NCBI GenBank assembly: GCA_041657385.1
Contig: JBBABZ010000003.1
Location: 8,820-72,819 of the forward strand
DNA from: Minisyncoccota bacterium
GTDB taxonomy: Bacteria > Patescibacteriota > Minisyncoccia > Minisyncoccales > JAQTVQ01
Direction of reading: 5' to 3'
Length of the DNA: 64,000 nt
This document shows positions 29,311 to 39,161 of this stretch, in pieces; position 1 is the stretch's first letter; the number at the start of each line of letters is the position of its first letter. The notes below the pieces were generated by a model. That model worked only from the letters and a program-made list of their open reading frames with translations. It was not told the DNA's origin and ran no database searches. The translations under genes were made by a program, and so were the position numbers.

Positions 29311-30444
29311 ATGGCTTTAATCATCACCATCATCGCGTTTATCATTGTCCTCGGCGGGGTTGTTTTTGTGCATGAGCTCGGCCATTTTTTGGCTGCCAAA
29401 AGATCGGGCGTTAAAGTGGAAGAGTTCGTTTTGGGTTTTCCTCCTTTGATCTATAAAAAACAAGTAGGGGAAACTTTATATGGCTTAGGGCTGATCCCTT
29501 TTGGAGGTTACAATAAAATTTTAGGAGAAGACGTCAATGATCCAAATGCGATTGCCAATCCGCGGTCTTACGAATCGCAAAAGCCGCTGATAAAATTTTT
29601 GATCATCGCCGGGGGCATTTTTATGAACTTGATTCTGGCCGCTGTTATCTTCTATTTTTTGGCAGTTTCTTCCGGTTTCCAGCTTTGGCAGACCTTGCTT
29701 TATCCTGATTACAAATTTCCTTTCGGCCAGCAAGAGAATTTTCCTATGATCGCGGGAGTTTTTAGCGGTTCGGCTGCGGATAAAGCGGGGCTGGAAGCGA
29801 AAGACGCCATTCTTTCAGCTAACGGAACTTCCATTTCCAACTCTACGGATTTTATGGATTTTATCAGCAAGAACCAGGAAAAAGAAATATCGTTGAATTT
29901 AAAAAATACGAAAAGCGGGCAAGAAAGATCGGTAAAATTGAAGCTTGGCAAAGACGACGGGACAAAGCAGGCTTTGGGAGTAGCATTGGCCGATACCGCT
30001 TTGATCTCTTATAAGGAACCCTTTGAAAAAATAAGCGTTGGCTTCTTGCACTCTTATAACATTACCGATTTTTCTTTTTCTACGATCGGCCGGATCATCA
30101 AATCTTCTTTCGTGGAAAAAGACGCCAGCCTTTTAGGAGTTTCTTTTGTCGGTCCGGTCGGGATCTTTGCCGCAACAAAAATTATAATAAACCAGGGCTG
30201 GTTTGAAATGCTTAATCTTTGCGGGATCATTTCTTTGGCCCTTGCCACCACTAATATTTTGCCGATCCCGGCTTTTGACGGAGGCAAGATTGTTTTTATC
30301 TTTTTGCAGGCGATCGATAAGAAGAGATTTACTTTAGCGATGCAGTACAAGATCGAACAGGCCGGAGCGTTAGTTCTGATCGGCTTGGCGATATTGATCA
30401 CGCTGAAAGATTTCTGGGTCTTTAAAGACATAATATTCAAATAG
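29311..30444 (+). CDS. rseP: Site-2 intramembrane metalloprotease with PDZ domain (M50)
   Basis: HELGH, IPFGGY, N.LPIPAFDGG. Confidence 0.93.
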   Translation: MALIITIIAFIIVLGGVVFVHELGHFLAAKRSGVKVEEFVLGFPPLIYKKQVGETLYGLGLIPFGGYNKILGEDVNDPNAIANPRSYESQKPLIKFLIIAGGIFMNLILAAVIFYFLAVSSGFQLWQTLLYPDYKFPFGQQENFPMIAGVFSGSAADKAGLEAKDAILSANGTSISNSTDFMDFISKNQEKEISLNLKNTKSGQERSVKLKLGKDDGTKQALGVALADTALISYKEPFEKISVGFLHSYNITDFSFSTIGRIIKSSFVEKDASLLGVSFVGPVGIFAATKIIINQGWFEMLNLCGIISLALATTNILPIPAFDGGKIVFIFLQAIDKKRFTLAMQYKIEQAGALVLIGLAILITLKDFWVFKDIIFK

Positions 30445-30446
30445 AT

Positions 30447-31943
30447 ATGGCAGAAAAAATATTCGAGAAAAAACAATTGGCCAAAAAATCAGAAGATTTT
30501 TCCGAATGGTATACTGATGTCATTTTGAAATCCGGTTTAGCCGATTATGCTCCAGTGAAAGGCTGTATGGTTTTTAAGCCTTACGGCTATGCCATTTGGG
30601 AATTGATCCAAAAAGTTTTGGATGAAAAAATAAAAGCCAACGGCGTCAAAAACGCTTATTTCCCGCTTTTTATTCCGGAAAGTTTTTTAAACAAGGAAAA
30701 GGAGCATATCAAAGGTTTTTCGCCGGAGCTGGCCGTGGTAACGGTCGGCGGAGGGAAAGAGCTGGAAGAAAAGCTTATCGTGCGTCCGACCTCGGAAACG
30801 ATAATGTATTCTATGTTCTCCAATTGGATAAGCTCCTGGCGAGATTTGCCTTACAAAGTCAACCAATGGTGCAATGTCGTCCGCTGGGAAAAAAGGCCAA
30901 GATTTTTTATCCGCAATATCGAGTTTCTTTGGCAAGAGGGGCATACGGTCCACGCTTCCAGCGAGGAGGCGCAAGAGCAAGTGGATTGGGCGATGGAGAC
31001 TTATAAAAATATGTACCGCGATTATTTTGCAGTTGACGGGATAGCTGGCCGGAAGTCTGAAAGCGAGAAATTTCCGGGAGCCGATGCAACCACTACCTTT
31101 GAGACTCTTATGCCTTCCGGTATGGTTTTACAGAGCGCCACTTCCCACAACTTAGGCCAAAGATTTGCTAAGTCTTTCAACATAGAGTTTTCTGACCAAG
31201 AAGGGAAAAAAGCTTTTCCTTGGCAGACTTCTTGGGGTTTTTCAACCCGCAGTATCGCTGCTTTGATAATGGCGCATGGCGACGATTCCGGATTGGTTTT
31301 GCCTCCGGCTTTGGCTCCGATCCAGGTCGTGATAATACCGGTGCTCCGCGGCAAAGACGGCGATGCGGCAGTGGTTAAAAAATGCCAAGAACTAAAAGAA
31401 GAAGATCTGAAAAATTGCCGGGTTGAGTTAGATGCGAGAGAAGGCTACTCTATGGGATGGAAATTCAACGAGTGGGAACTGAAAGGAGTGCCCTTAAGGA
31501 TCGAGATCGGCCCCAAAGAATTGGAGGCGGGGAAAGCGACATTGGTCCGAAGGATAGATGGACAAAAAAGATCAGTTGATCTAAAAGATTTAAAAGAGGA
31601 TGTCGGAAAAGAATTAGCGCAGATTCAGGCCGAACTTTTGCAAAGAAGTAACAGCTATCTTTTAGAGAATACGCGTGAAGTCGAAAATTACGATGAATTT
31701 AAAAAAATAATGGCCGGACCGAAAGGATTTATAAAAGCGTGGTGGTGCGAAGATCCGGTTTGCGAAGCAAAAATAAAAGAAGAAACCAAAGCGACGACAA
31801 GGTGCCTGCCTGCCGATAGGCACGGTTTGCCTTCGTCCGCTTCGCCCGCCGTAGCTTCAGCGAAGGAGGGCCAGTCCGAAGGCATCTGCGTTTATTGCGG
31901 CAAACCGGCTAAAAACCAATGGATTTTCGCCCAAGCTTACTAA
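30447..31943 (+). CDS. proS: Proline--tRNA ligase (archaeal/eukaryote-like type)
   Basis: DFSEWY, RPTSET, EFLWQEGH, SHNLG, terminal FAQAY. Confidence 0.98.
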   Translation: MAEKIFEKKQLAKKSEDFSEWYTDVILKSGLADYAPVKGCMVFKPYGYAIWELIQKVLDEKIKANGVKNAYFPLFIPESFLNKEKEHIKGFSPELAVVTVGGGKELEEKLIVRPTSETIMYSMFSNWISSWRDLPYKVNQWCNVVRWEKRPRFFIRNIEFLWQEGHTVHASSEEAQEQVDWAMETYKNMYRDYFAVDGIAGRKSESEKFPGADATTTFETLMPSGMVLQSATSHNLGQRFAKSFNIEFSDQEGKKAFPWQTSWGFSTRSIAALIMAHGDDSGLVLPPALAPIQVVIIPVLRGKDGDAAVVKKCQELKEEDLKNCRVELDAREGYSMGWKFNEWELKGVPLRIEIGPKELEAGKATLVRRIDGQKRSVDLKDLKEDVGKELAQIQAELLQRSNSYLLENTREVENYDEFKKIMAGPKGFIKAWWCEDPVCEAKIKEETKATTRCLPADRHGLPSSASPAVASAKEGQSEGICVYCGKPAKNQWIFAQAY

Positions 31944-31984
31944 AATATTAACAACCAAGAGAAATTTTGTTACAATTACCCATT

Positions 31985-33073
31985 ATGTTCAACTCGAAAA
32001 TGTTCAATCTGATAAAAGGAAAGTTTGTCCATGATATCGCTATTGATCTGGGCACAGCCAATTGTTTGGTTTATGTTAAAGGCCGCGGCATTATTTTAAG
32101 CGAGCCTTCAGTGGTTGCTATTAATAAAAAAACAGGGCAGGTGCTGGCCATTGGGCGCGAAGCCGAAAAAATGGTTGGCCGCACTCCCGGGCATATTGTT
32201 GCCAGCAAGCCGTTGGTCGGAGGAGTTATTTCCGATTTTGAGGTAACGGAACAAATGTTAAGGTATCTGATAGAACGCAGCCGCCAAAAAGGATTTTCTT
32301 TGTCTCCTTTTTGCCGCGCAGTGATCGGCGTTCCCTGCGGCGTAACCGAGGTCGAAAAAAAGGCGGTAAAGGACGCGGCTAAGTCGGCCGGCGCCCGCGA
32401 AGTTTTTTTGATCGAAGAACCGATGGCCGCGGCCATCGGAGCTCATTTGCCGGTGCAGGAAGCGTCTGGAAATTTTATCGTGGATATTGGAGGAGGCACA
32501 GCCGAGGTGGCTGTAGTTTCTTTGGGAGGAATAGTAGTTTCTAAAAGTTTGAGAGTGGCTGGCAATAGATTTGATGAAGACATAGTCAATTTTTCCCAAG
32601 AGGAATATAAGCTTTTGATCGGTCCAAGGACTGCTGAACATATCAAGGTTAGTATCGGTTCGGTTTGCGCTGATGCTGTTTCTTCGAGCGGAAAAGATTT
32701 GCCTAAGGAAATTTCCATGCGCGGCCGTAATTTAGTAACCGGCTTGCCCGAGGAAGTTGTAATAACTCAATCCGATGTCCGCCGGGCTTTAGAAAAATCA
32801 GTCAAACAGATAATTTCCGAAGTAAAAGAAACCATAGAGCTTACTCCTCCGGAGCTTATTTCTGATGTAATGAAAAAAGGGATTTTTATGTCCGGCGGCG
32901 GCGCTTTATTGAGGGGTCTGGATAAATTGATCGCTAAAGAAACAAAGATCCCTACAATGATCATTGAAGATCCTATGACATCGGTAGTGCGCGGAGCGGG
33001 AGTGGTTCTTGAGAATTTGGACGAATTTTATAATGTCTTAGCCGAGATAGAAGAATTGGAAGTCCCGAAATAG
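31985..33073 (+). CDS. mreB: Rod shape-determining protein MreB, paralog 2
   Basis: IAIDLGTAN, EPSVVA, IEEPMAAAIGA, DIGGGT. Confidence 0.96.
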   Translation: MFNSKMFNLIKGKFVHDIAIDLGTANCLVYVKGRGIILSEPSVVAINKKTGQVLAIGREAEKMVGRTPGHIVASKPLVGGVISDFEVTEQMLRYLIERSRQKGFSLSPFCRAVIGVPCGVTEVEKKAVKDAAKSAGAREVFLIEEPMAAAIGAHLPVQEASGNFIVDIGGGTAEVAVVSLGGIVVSKSLRVAGNRFDEDIVNFSQEEYKLLIGPRTAEHIKVSIGSVCADAVSSSGKDLPKEISMRGRNLVTGLPEEVVITQSDVRRALEKSVKQIISEVKETIELTPPELISDVMKKGIFMSGGGALLRGLDKLIAKETKIPTMIIEDPMTSVVRGAGVVLENLDEFYNVLAEIEELEVPK

Positions 33074-33075
33074 CG

Positions 33076-33246
33076 AATTTTCAATTTTCCCTGCCTGCCG
33101 GCAGGCAGGAATTCCTAATTTTCATTCAATTTTCAATTTTACAATTTTTAAACTAATCCGTCCTGTTAGTAATGTTTAGAAATTATTCCGCCAGCTGGCG
33201 GAATTAGAAATTTAATAAAAATTTAAAATTAATAATTAGAAATTCA
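33076..33246 (+). repeat. AT-rich intergenic element, copy B, carrying an inserted CCTGCCTGCCGGCAGGCAGG palindrome
   Basis: Similar to 29188-29307 with an extra 20-bp palindrome near 33091-33110. Confidence 0.7.
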
Positions 33247-33252
33247 CAAAAA

Positions 33253-33546
33253 ATGGTTTCCGAAGAAGAAATAAAACATATCGCAAAATTATCCCGATTG
33301 GATTTTTCAGAAAGCCAATTGGAAAAATTTCAAAAAGAATTTTCCGCTATTTTGGAATATGTGGAAACCTTGGAAAAAGCCGATGTTGAAGGCGTTGAGC
33401 CGATGTCCCATTCAGTAAAGATCTCTAACATTTTCAGCGATGATAATTTTAATCAGCAGGGGACAAGGATCAATGATAATAAAAAATTGTTGGAAGCCGC
33501 CCCGGAATCTAAGGGAGATTATTTGAAATCAAAATCAGTTTTTTAA
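33253..33546 (+). CDS. gatC: Asp/Glu-tRNA amidotransferase subunit C
   Basis: IKHIAKLSRL, ILEYVE.L, VEP; directly upstream of gatA. Confidence 0.93.
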   Translation: MVSEEEIKHIAKLSRLDFSESQLEKFQKEFSAILEYVETLEKADVEGVEPMSHSVKISNIFSDDNFNQQGTRINDNKKLLEAAPESKGDYLKSKSVF

Positions 33547-33547
33547 T

Positions 33548-34990
33548 ATGGAACCGGACAAACTTTCTATCCAGCAGCTTCATCAGGAATTAGTTGATAA
33601 AAAAATTTCCGCCGTGGAATTGGCTAAGTTTTTTTTAGATAAGATCAAAAAAGAAGACGGCGATATAAGATCGTTTATCACGATCACCGAAGATCTTGCA
33701 TTAAAGCAAGCTAGGATGGCGGACGAGATCATTGCTAAAGAAAAAGAAGAATTGCCGCTGCTGGGGGGAATTCCCTGCGCGATCAAAGATAATATTTTGA
33801 TCGATGGGATAAAATGCACTTCAGCTTCTAAAATTTTGGAAAATTATACGGCTCCTTACGATGCCACGGTTGTAAAAAAACTAAAAGACCAAGGAGCGGT
33901 TATTCTAGGCAAAACAAATATGGATGAATTTGCCATGGGCTCTTCCACCGAAAATTCCGCCTTTTTCGTTACCAAGAATCCTCGCGATACCAGCCGCGTT
34001 CCGGGAGGATCGTCCGGCGGTTCGGCCGCGGCAACTGCCGCTGGTTTTTGCAAATTTGCCTTGGGATCGGATACTGGCGGATCAATAAGACAGCCCGCTT
34101 CTTTTTGCGGCGTAGTTGGATTGAAACCCACTTATGGGGCTGTTTCGCGCTATGGGGCCATGGCTTTTGCTTCTTCCTTGGATCAGATCGGCCCGTTCGC
34201 CAGAAATTCCGAAGACTGCCGGATCGTTTTTGATGCGATCAAGGGCCGCGACCCTCTTGATTCAACTTCCTTAGACGCATCGGAAAGCCAGGAAGAATTC
34301 GATCTAAAAAATTTAAAGATCGGCGTCCCTAAAGAATATTTTGTGGCAGGAATGGATAAAGATGTCGAAAAAACCATTAAAGACGCGATTGAAAAATACG
34401 AGGAAATGGGGGCAAAAATTGTCGAGGTCTCTTTGCCTCATACCGAATACGCTTTGCCTTGCTATTATATAATCGCAACGGCCGAAGCCAGCGCTAATTT
34501 AGCCAGATATGACGGCATCAAATACGGATCTTCCGAGGTTAATAATCCTGAAGTAAAAGATCTTTTAGAGGTTTATATAAAAAGCCGTGAGAAATATTTC
34601 GGCAGCGAAGTGAAGCGCCGTATTATGTTGGGAACCTATGTTTTGTCTTCAGGCTATTATGATGCTTACTATAAAAGGGCTCAAAAGGTAAGGACCTTGA
34701 TCAAGAATGATTTTGAAAAAGCTTTGAGCCAGGCGGATATCTTATTAACTCCGGTTTCTCCTACTTTGCCTTTTAAGATCGGCGAAAAAATGGATGATCC
34801 TCTTTCAATGTATCTGTCCGATATTTATACGATTTCTATCAATCTAGCCGGCGTAGGAGCTTTATCCTTGCCTGCGGGATGGGTGGATCTGCCGTCTGGC
34901 AGATTGCCGGTGGGGATGCAGCTTATCGCTAAACCCTTTGAAGAAAAAAAGATGTTCCAGGCCGCCGCCGCTTTCGAAAAAATAAATTAA
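33548..34990 (+). CDS. gatA: Asp/Glu-tRNA amidotransferase subunit A
   Basis: KTNMDEFAMGSS, PGGSSGGS, GSDTGGSIRQP, EVKRRIMLG. Confidence 0.99.
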   Translation: MEPDKLSIQQLHQELVDKKISAVELAKFFLDKIKKEDGDIRSFITITEDLALKQARMADEIIAKEKEELPLLGGIPCAIKDNILIDGIKCTSASKILENYTAPYDATVVKKLKDQGAVILGKTNMDEFAMGSSTENSAFFVTKNPRDTSRVPGGSSGGSAAATAAGFCKFALGSDTGGSIRQPASFCGVVGLKPTYGAVSRYGAMAFASSLDQIGPFARNSEDCRIVFDAIKGRDPLDSTSLDASESQEEFDLKNLKIGVPKEYFVAGMDKDVEKTIKDAIEKYEEMGAKIVEVSLPHTEYALPCYYIIATAEASANLARYDGIKYGSSEVNNPEVKDLLEVYIKSREKYFGSEVKRRIMLGTYVLSSGYYDAYYKRAQKVRTLIKNDFEKALSQADILLTPVSPTLPFKIGEKMDDPLSMYLSDIYTISINLAGVGALSLPAGWVDLPSGRLPVGMQLIAKPFEEKKMFQAAAAFEKIN

Positions 34991-35034
34991 AAAATAAATT
35001 TTATAATTTGGATGATTGCCCCAATAAAAGTAAA

Positions 35035-35562
35035 ATGGTTTTTCAAGAAATAATCTCGTATTTGAATTCTTCGCCGGTTCAAGGCTTTCTTTTGCCATTC
35101 AAAATAATTTTTATTTTGCTTTCTATTTTTTTTGCCGGGGCGATCTCTTATTTTATTCATAAAGCGCCCGGTGATATTTTGAGCGAAAAACAGAAGTACT
35201 CCGATCTTTTATTTTTCAACAATTTCAAAAAAGCTTCCGATACAAAATTCAAGAAAACATGGAAGAAGGCTTGCCAACTTTTGAAAAATGACCTTGAGCC
35301 GGAATATAAGCTGGCTGTTCTTGAGGCTTATGCTTTGTTTTCCGATTTTTTAGCTCAAAGGGACTGGAATGGGGGAAGTTTAGCCGCTCAGCTTGACTCA
35401 GCCCGATCGGATAAAGATTTTATGTTCGACAGAGGGAACATTCTTCGTCTTTCCAATTTGCGCGATAATATAGTTGCGGATAAAAATTATAGGCTCGATA
35501 TGAAAGAGGTTAAAAATCTTTTCACCGATATTGAAGGGGATATCAAAAGAGCGGAAGAATAA
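35035..35562 (+). CDS. Hypothetical membrane-anchored protein
   Basis: TM helix followed by W...YKLAV.EA pattern. Confidence 0.6.
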   Translation: MVFQEIISYLNSSPVQGFLLPFKIIFILLSIFFAGAISYFIHKAPGDILSEKQKYSDLLFFNNFKKASDTKFKKTWKKACQLLKNDLEPEYKLAVLEAYALFSDFLAQRDWNGGSLAAQLDSARSDKDFMFDRGNILRLSNLRDNIVADKNYRLDMKEVKNLFTDIEGDIKRAEE

Positions 35563-35647
35563 ATTTTATTGCTTTTTTAACATTGGAGATTTTTATCATT
35601 TTTAGGGCGGTTTGACTTTTGTTAGCAATAAAAGATAATAAAAAATA

Positions 35648-36220
35648 ATGATTGCAGTATTTTCTTTCCTCTTTTTTATTTTTTCCTGCCTTTATTTTTT
35701 CCTGCCGATCTACTTGGCCAATATGACCCCGCCGCTGGTAAAAAATCTTCCTTTTCTCCGCAATTTCAATACGCCGGTGGATTTTGGTTTTAAATTGCGA
35801 AACCATTATTTGTTCGGCGATCACAAGACTTGGCGCGGCGTGATTTGCGCTATCATGGTTGGAACAGTTGCGGTTTTGGTCCAAGGCTGGCTGGAATCCA
35901 ATTTTAAACTTTTTCAAAAAATTTCTTTAGTGGATTACGGCGGTTTTAATTTGTTTTCTCTGGGTATCTTAATGTCGGCTGGCGCTATGGCCGGAGATTT
36001 GGGAGCGGCTTTCATTAAGCGGCGCATAGACTTGAAACCGGGAGAAGCTTTCATGCCTTGGGATCAAACCAACTATGTGATCGGCAGTTTTATTTTTTTA
36101 CAGCCTTATGTCCATTTTAGCTGGATCATTTGGACCATATTATTCGTCTCAACCTTTTTTCTTCATCTGTTGATCAACCGGTGGGGCTATATGCTGGGAT
36201 TGCATAAAGCAAAATGGTAA
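35648..36220 (+). CDS. CDP-archaeol synthase-like (CarS/DUF46) membrane cytidylyltransferase
   Basis: P.Y.AN..P, PVDFG, G..KTWRG, GDL..AFIKRR, DQ. Confidence 0.85.
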   Translation: MIAVFSFLFFIFSCLYFFLPIYLANMTPPLVKNLPFLRNFNTPVDFGFKLRNHYLFGDHKTWRGVICAIMVGTVAVLVQGWLESNFKLFQKISLVDYGGFNLFSLGILMSAGAMAGDLGAAFIKRRIDLKPGEAFMPWDQTNYVIGSFIFLQPYVHFSWIIWTILFVSTFFLHLLINRWGYMLGLHKAKW

Positions 36221-36834
36221 AGAATCCAAAAGCCCTGCGCCTGAAAAAATTTTTCCAGAACCGTTATTTTGTTCTTCGCCACGGCTATTCCAATGTCCAA
36301 ATTGAAAAAGCTGCCGGCCGGCCGGCAAAAGATGAAAATTGCGGTTTGACCATAGAGGGGCGGGAAGAAGTTTCTGCCAGCGCCCAAAAACTCAAAAAAG
36401 AAGGGATCGATCTAATAGTGGCGTCGGACGTAGAAAGAGCCAGGGAAACGGCAGAAATTGCCAGCCGCATTATTGGAGCTAAGATTATTTTTGACAAACG
36501 GCTGCGCGAATTTGACGTAGGGGATTTGAAGGGCCGCAACTCTGATAAGATATGGAGCTATCTATGCGACCAAGACGATTTGGCAAACGCCGTTTTGCCC
36601 AATGGCGAAAGCCTTTCTGATGTCCAAAAAAGAGCTTATGAATGTTTGGCTGATTTGGATAAGAAATACAAAAATAAGACTCTTATTATAATTTCTCATG
36701 AATTTCCTTTGATGCTTTTGGAATGGACCTTAAAAGGAATGGAGCTTGAGGAGATCGTTGAAAAAAGATGTTCGGGTAAGATCAAGAAGATCGGCACCGG
36801 CTGTTTTCGCGAACTGTCTTTTAAAAATCGTTAA
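36214..36834 (+). CDS. Histidine phosphatase family protein
   Basis: RHG, SD..RA.ETA, RLRE...G, GES, ISH. Confidence 0.9.
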   Translation: MVKNPKALRLKKFFQNRYFVLRHGYSNVQIEKAAGRPAKDENCGLTIEGREEVSASAQKLKKEGIDLIVASDVERARETAEIASRIIGAKIIFDKRLREFDVGDLKGRNSDKIWSYLCDQDDLANAVLPNGESLSDVQKRAYECLADLDKKYKNKTLIIISHEFPLMLLEWTLKGMELEEIVEKRCSGKIKKIGTGCFRELSFKNR

Positions 36835-36918
36835 AAGCAGAGTTTTTGATAATTTTTTGCCAAATTTTTTCTGGCAATTTTTCTTGCCAAATTTTTTAAA
36901 TTATTTTATAATTTTAAG

Positions 36919-37413
36919 GCCAAGCAGGCAGGCGATCGCGCCGTTTTCCGCGAGGAAAATGGTGAGGAAAGTCCGAACACCCAGTCCCGCAAAATGCGGA
37001 ATTAAAAGTAGAGGGCAACACCCTTCATCCGTAAGGATCGAGGTGCGAACAGTGACGTGTCTGGCCGAAAGGCTGGACAGCCCCGCCCTCTAAGCCCGTG
37101 GAATAAGACTTGCTGTAGAATACGGCATTAACTGTATCTCAGCATTTTATTGATTCAACGAGCATAGAGGGCGGGGATATTCCTATAGCGATATAGGGGT
37201 GCAACGGCTAAATCCTTACTCGGGTGCAAGAGCAAACTTGGGTGCGCAAGCATCCAAAGAAAAGTGGCTCGCTAGAGCCGAAGAGCAATTTTCGGCCCAG
37301 ATAGATGATCGCTTCGCCTCGCCGTAGCCTTTGGTTATGGCGGGCGATACCCGCCTTCGCTCCTTTTGGAGCTATGGCGGGTGATACAGAATTCGGCTTA
37401 TTGCCTGCTTGGC
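36919..37413 (+). ncRNA. rnpB: RNase P RNA with enlarged helices
   Basis: P1 GCCAAGCAGGCA/TGCCTGCTTGGC, GAGGAAAGTCCG, GCGATCGC/GATGATCGC, ACAGAATTCGGCTTA. Confidence 0.95.
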
Positions 37414-37499
37414 ATCTTTTTCAAATCCATAGTCGTCTATGGATTTTTAAATAGATCGGTTCCCTTTTTAATTATTGCAGAAAAGGTTAAAATATTATT

Positions 37500-39161
37500 A
37501 TGGTTTTGAAAAATGCGTTTAATTCTTCGTCTAAAAGCGTCAGCCAGGCTACGGTTATTTTGGCCATAGCTGTTTTTTTGAGCCAGCTTTTGGGTCTTTT
37601 TCGGGACCGTTTGCTGGCCGGAACTTTCGGAGCCGGCCTTGATCTGAGCATCTATTACGCCGCTTTCCGCATACCTGATTTTATTTACAATATTCTTTTT
37701 GCCGGCAGTATTGTGGTTGCTTTCTTGCCTGTTTTTGCCGAGCATTACACCAAGGATAAAGACGAAGCCTGGCGAATGTCTAATTATGTTTTAAATTCGT
37801 TTTTATTTTTTACATTCATTTTGATAGCAATTCTTTTTGTTTTCGCTTCTCAATTCATCAAATTGATCGTTCCAGGTTTTGATTTAGAGGCTCAAACTAA
37901 AACCGTTGCTTTGACCAGGTTGATGCTTTTAAGTCCTTTGTTTTTTGGGTTGTCTTCCTTCTTCTCTTCGGTCCTGCAATATTTCAATAAATTTTTGGCT
38001 TACTCTTTGGCTCCGCTTCTTTATAATTTAGGCATAATTTTTGGCGTTATTTTCCTATCTCCAAAATTCGGCATATTCGGGGTTGGCTTGGGAGTGGTTT
38101 TAGGCGCGGCGGCGCATTTGCTGGTTCAAGTTCCGGCCACCATAAGCTGCGGTTTCAAGTATCGCCCGTTATTTGATCTAAAACATCCAGCGGTTTTAAA
38201 AATAGTCAATTTGACTCTTTTTCGATCTTTGGCCGCTTCTCTCAATCAGATCAATTTTATGGTCATCGCGGCTATTTCTTCGGGCATCAGTCTTGGCGCT
38301 GTAGCGATCTTTAATCTTTCTTTCAACCTTTCTTTTCTGCCGATCGGCATTCTCGGCGTTTCCTTAGCCACAGCCGTTTTTCCAAAACTTGCCCAAAATT
38401 GGGTTGAAGGGGAAAAAGAAGAATTTTATGAAAATTTTTCCTTGGCTTTCCGCCAAATTCTTTACTTGGCTTTGCCTATCGGGATCATGTTTTTCGTTTT
38501 AAGGGAGACTATCGTAGGGTTGATCCTGCAAACCGGCCAATTCGGGATGAGAGACGCGGCTTTGACATCAGCCTGCTTGGGTATATATTCTTTTGCTATC
38601 CTTCCCCAGTGTTTAGTGCCCTTGATCCTAAGAGGATTTTTCAGTGCAAAAGACACAAAAACTCCGGCGATCTTGGCTGCGCTGTTTGTCGGCCTTAATG
38701 TGGCACTGGCCTTATGGTTTGTCTTTTTAGCTGGCCAAGCCAATTCGTTTTCCTCTTTTTTAAGAAACAGCTTCGGTTCCAGCCAGCCAGTTGCCAACTT
38801 AAAAATACTAGCTCTTTGTTTAGCTTTTTTAGTTGCCCTTATCTTCCAGTTCGCGATCTTTATGGTTTTTTTGTACAGAAAAATAGGGAACTTTAAACTA
38901 GGAGAGATCTGGCGATCTTCTTGGAAGATATTTATCGGCGGTTTGGTCATTTTTATTTTTGGCCGATATTTTTTGGCAAAAATGATCCCAATTTTGGGTT
39001 TGGGTTTCTGGGGAAATTTTTGGCAGGGTGCAGTTGTTGGGGGGGCAAGTTTTCTGCTATACTTTTCAATAACGCTTATGCTGGGTTCGACCGAAGCAAA
39101 AGGTTTTATTCCCGGCCTTTTAAGCCGTTTCAAGAGATATGGAAAGCCCAAAACAAATTAG
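37500..39161 (+). CDS. murJ: Lipid II flippase MurJ
   Basis: LGLFRD..LA..FG, AFRIPD, multi-TM, DTKTP. Confidence 0.95.
   Translation: MVLKNAFNSSSKSVSQATVILAIAVFLSQLLGLFRDRLLAGTFGAGLDLSIYYAAFRIPDFIYNILFAGSIVVAFLPVFAEHYTKDKDEAWRMSNYVLNSFLFFTFILIAILFVFASQFIKLIVPGFDLEAQTKTVALTRLMLLSPLFFGLSSFFSSVLQYFNKFLAYSLAPLLYNLGIIFGVIFLSPKFGIFGVGLGVVLGAAAHLLVQVPATISCGFKYRPLFDLKHPAVLKIVNLTLFRSLAASLNQINFMVIAAISSGISLGAVAIFNLSFNLSFLPIGILGVSLATAVFPKLAQNWVEGEKEEFYENFSLAFRQILYLALPIGIMFFVLRETIVGLILQTGQFGMRDAALTSACLGIYSFAILPQCLVPLILRGFFSAKDTKTPAILAALFVGLNVALALWFVFLAGQANSFSSFLRNSFGSSQPVANLKILALCLAFLVALIFQFAIFMVFLYRKIGNFKLGEIWRSSWKIFIGGLVIFIFGRYFLAKMIPILGLGFWGNFWQGAVVGGASFLLYFSITLMLGSTEAKGFIPGLLSRFKRYGKPKTN

Noticed and set aside
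15312-33073. Short AlaRS and L13, extended S9/S11, two mreB paralogs
   Set aside because: Real, but to my knowledge common in this lineage and not novel.
36746-37093. 115-aa ORF
   Set aside because: Overlaps the RNase P RNA; spurious.
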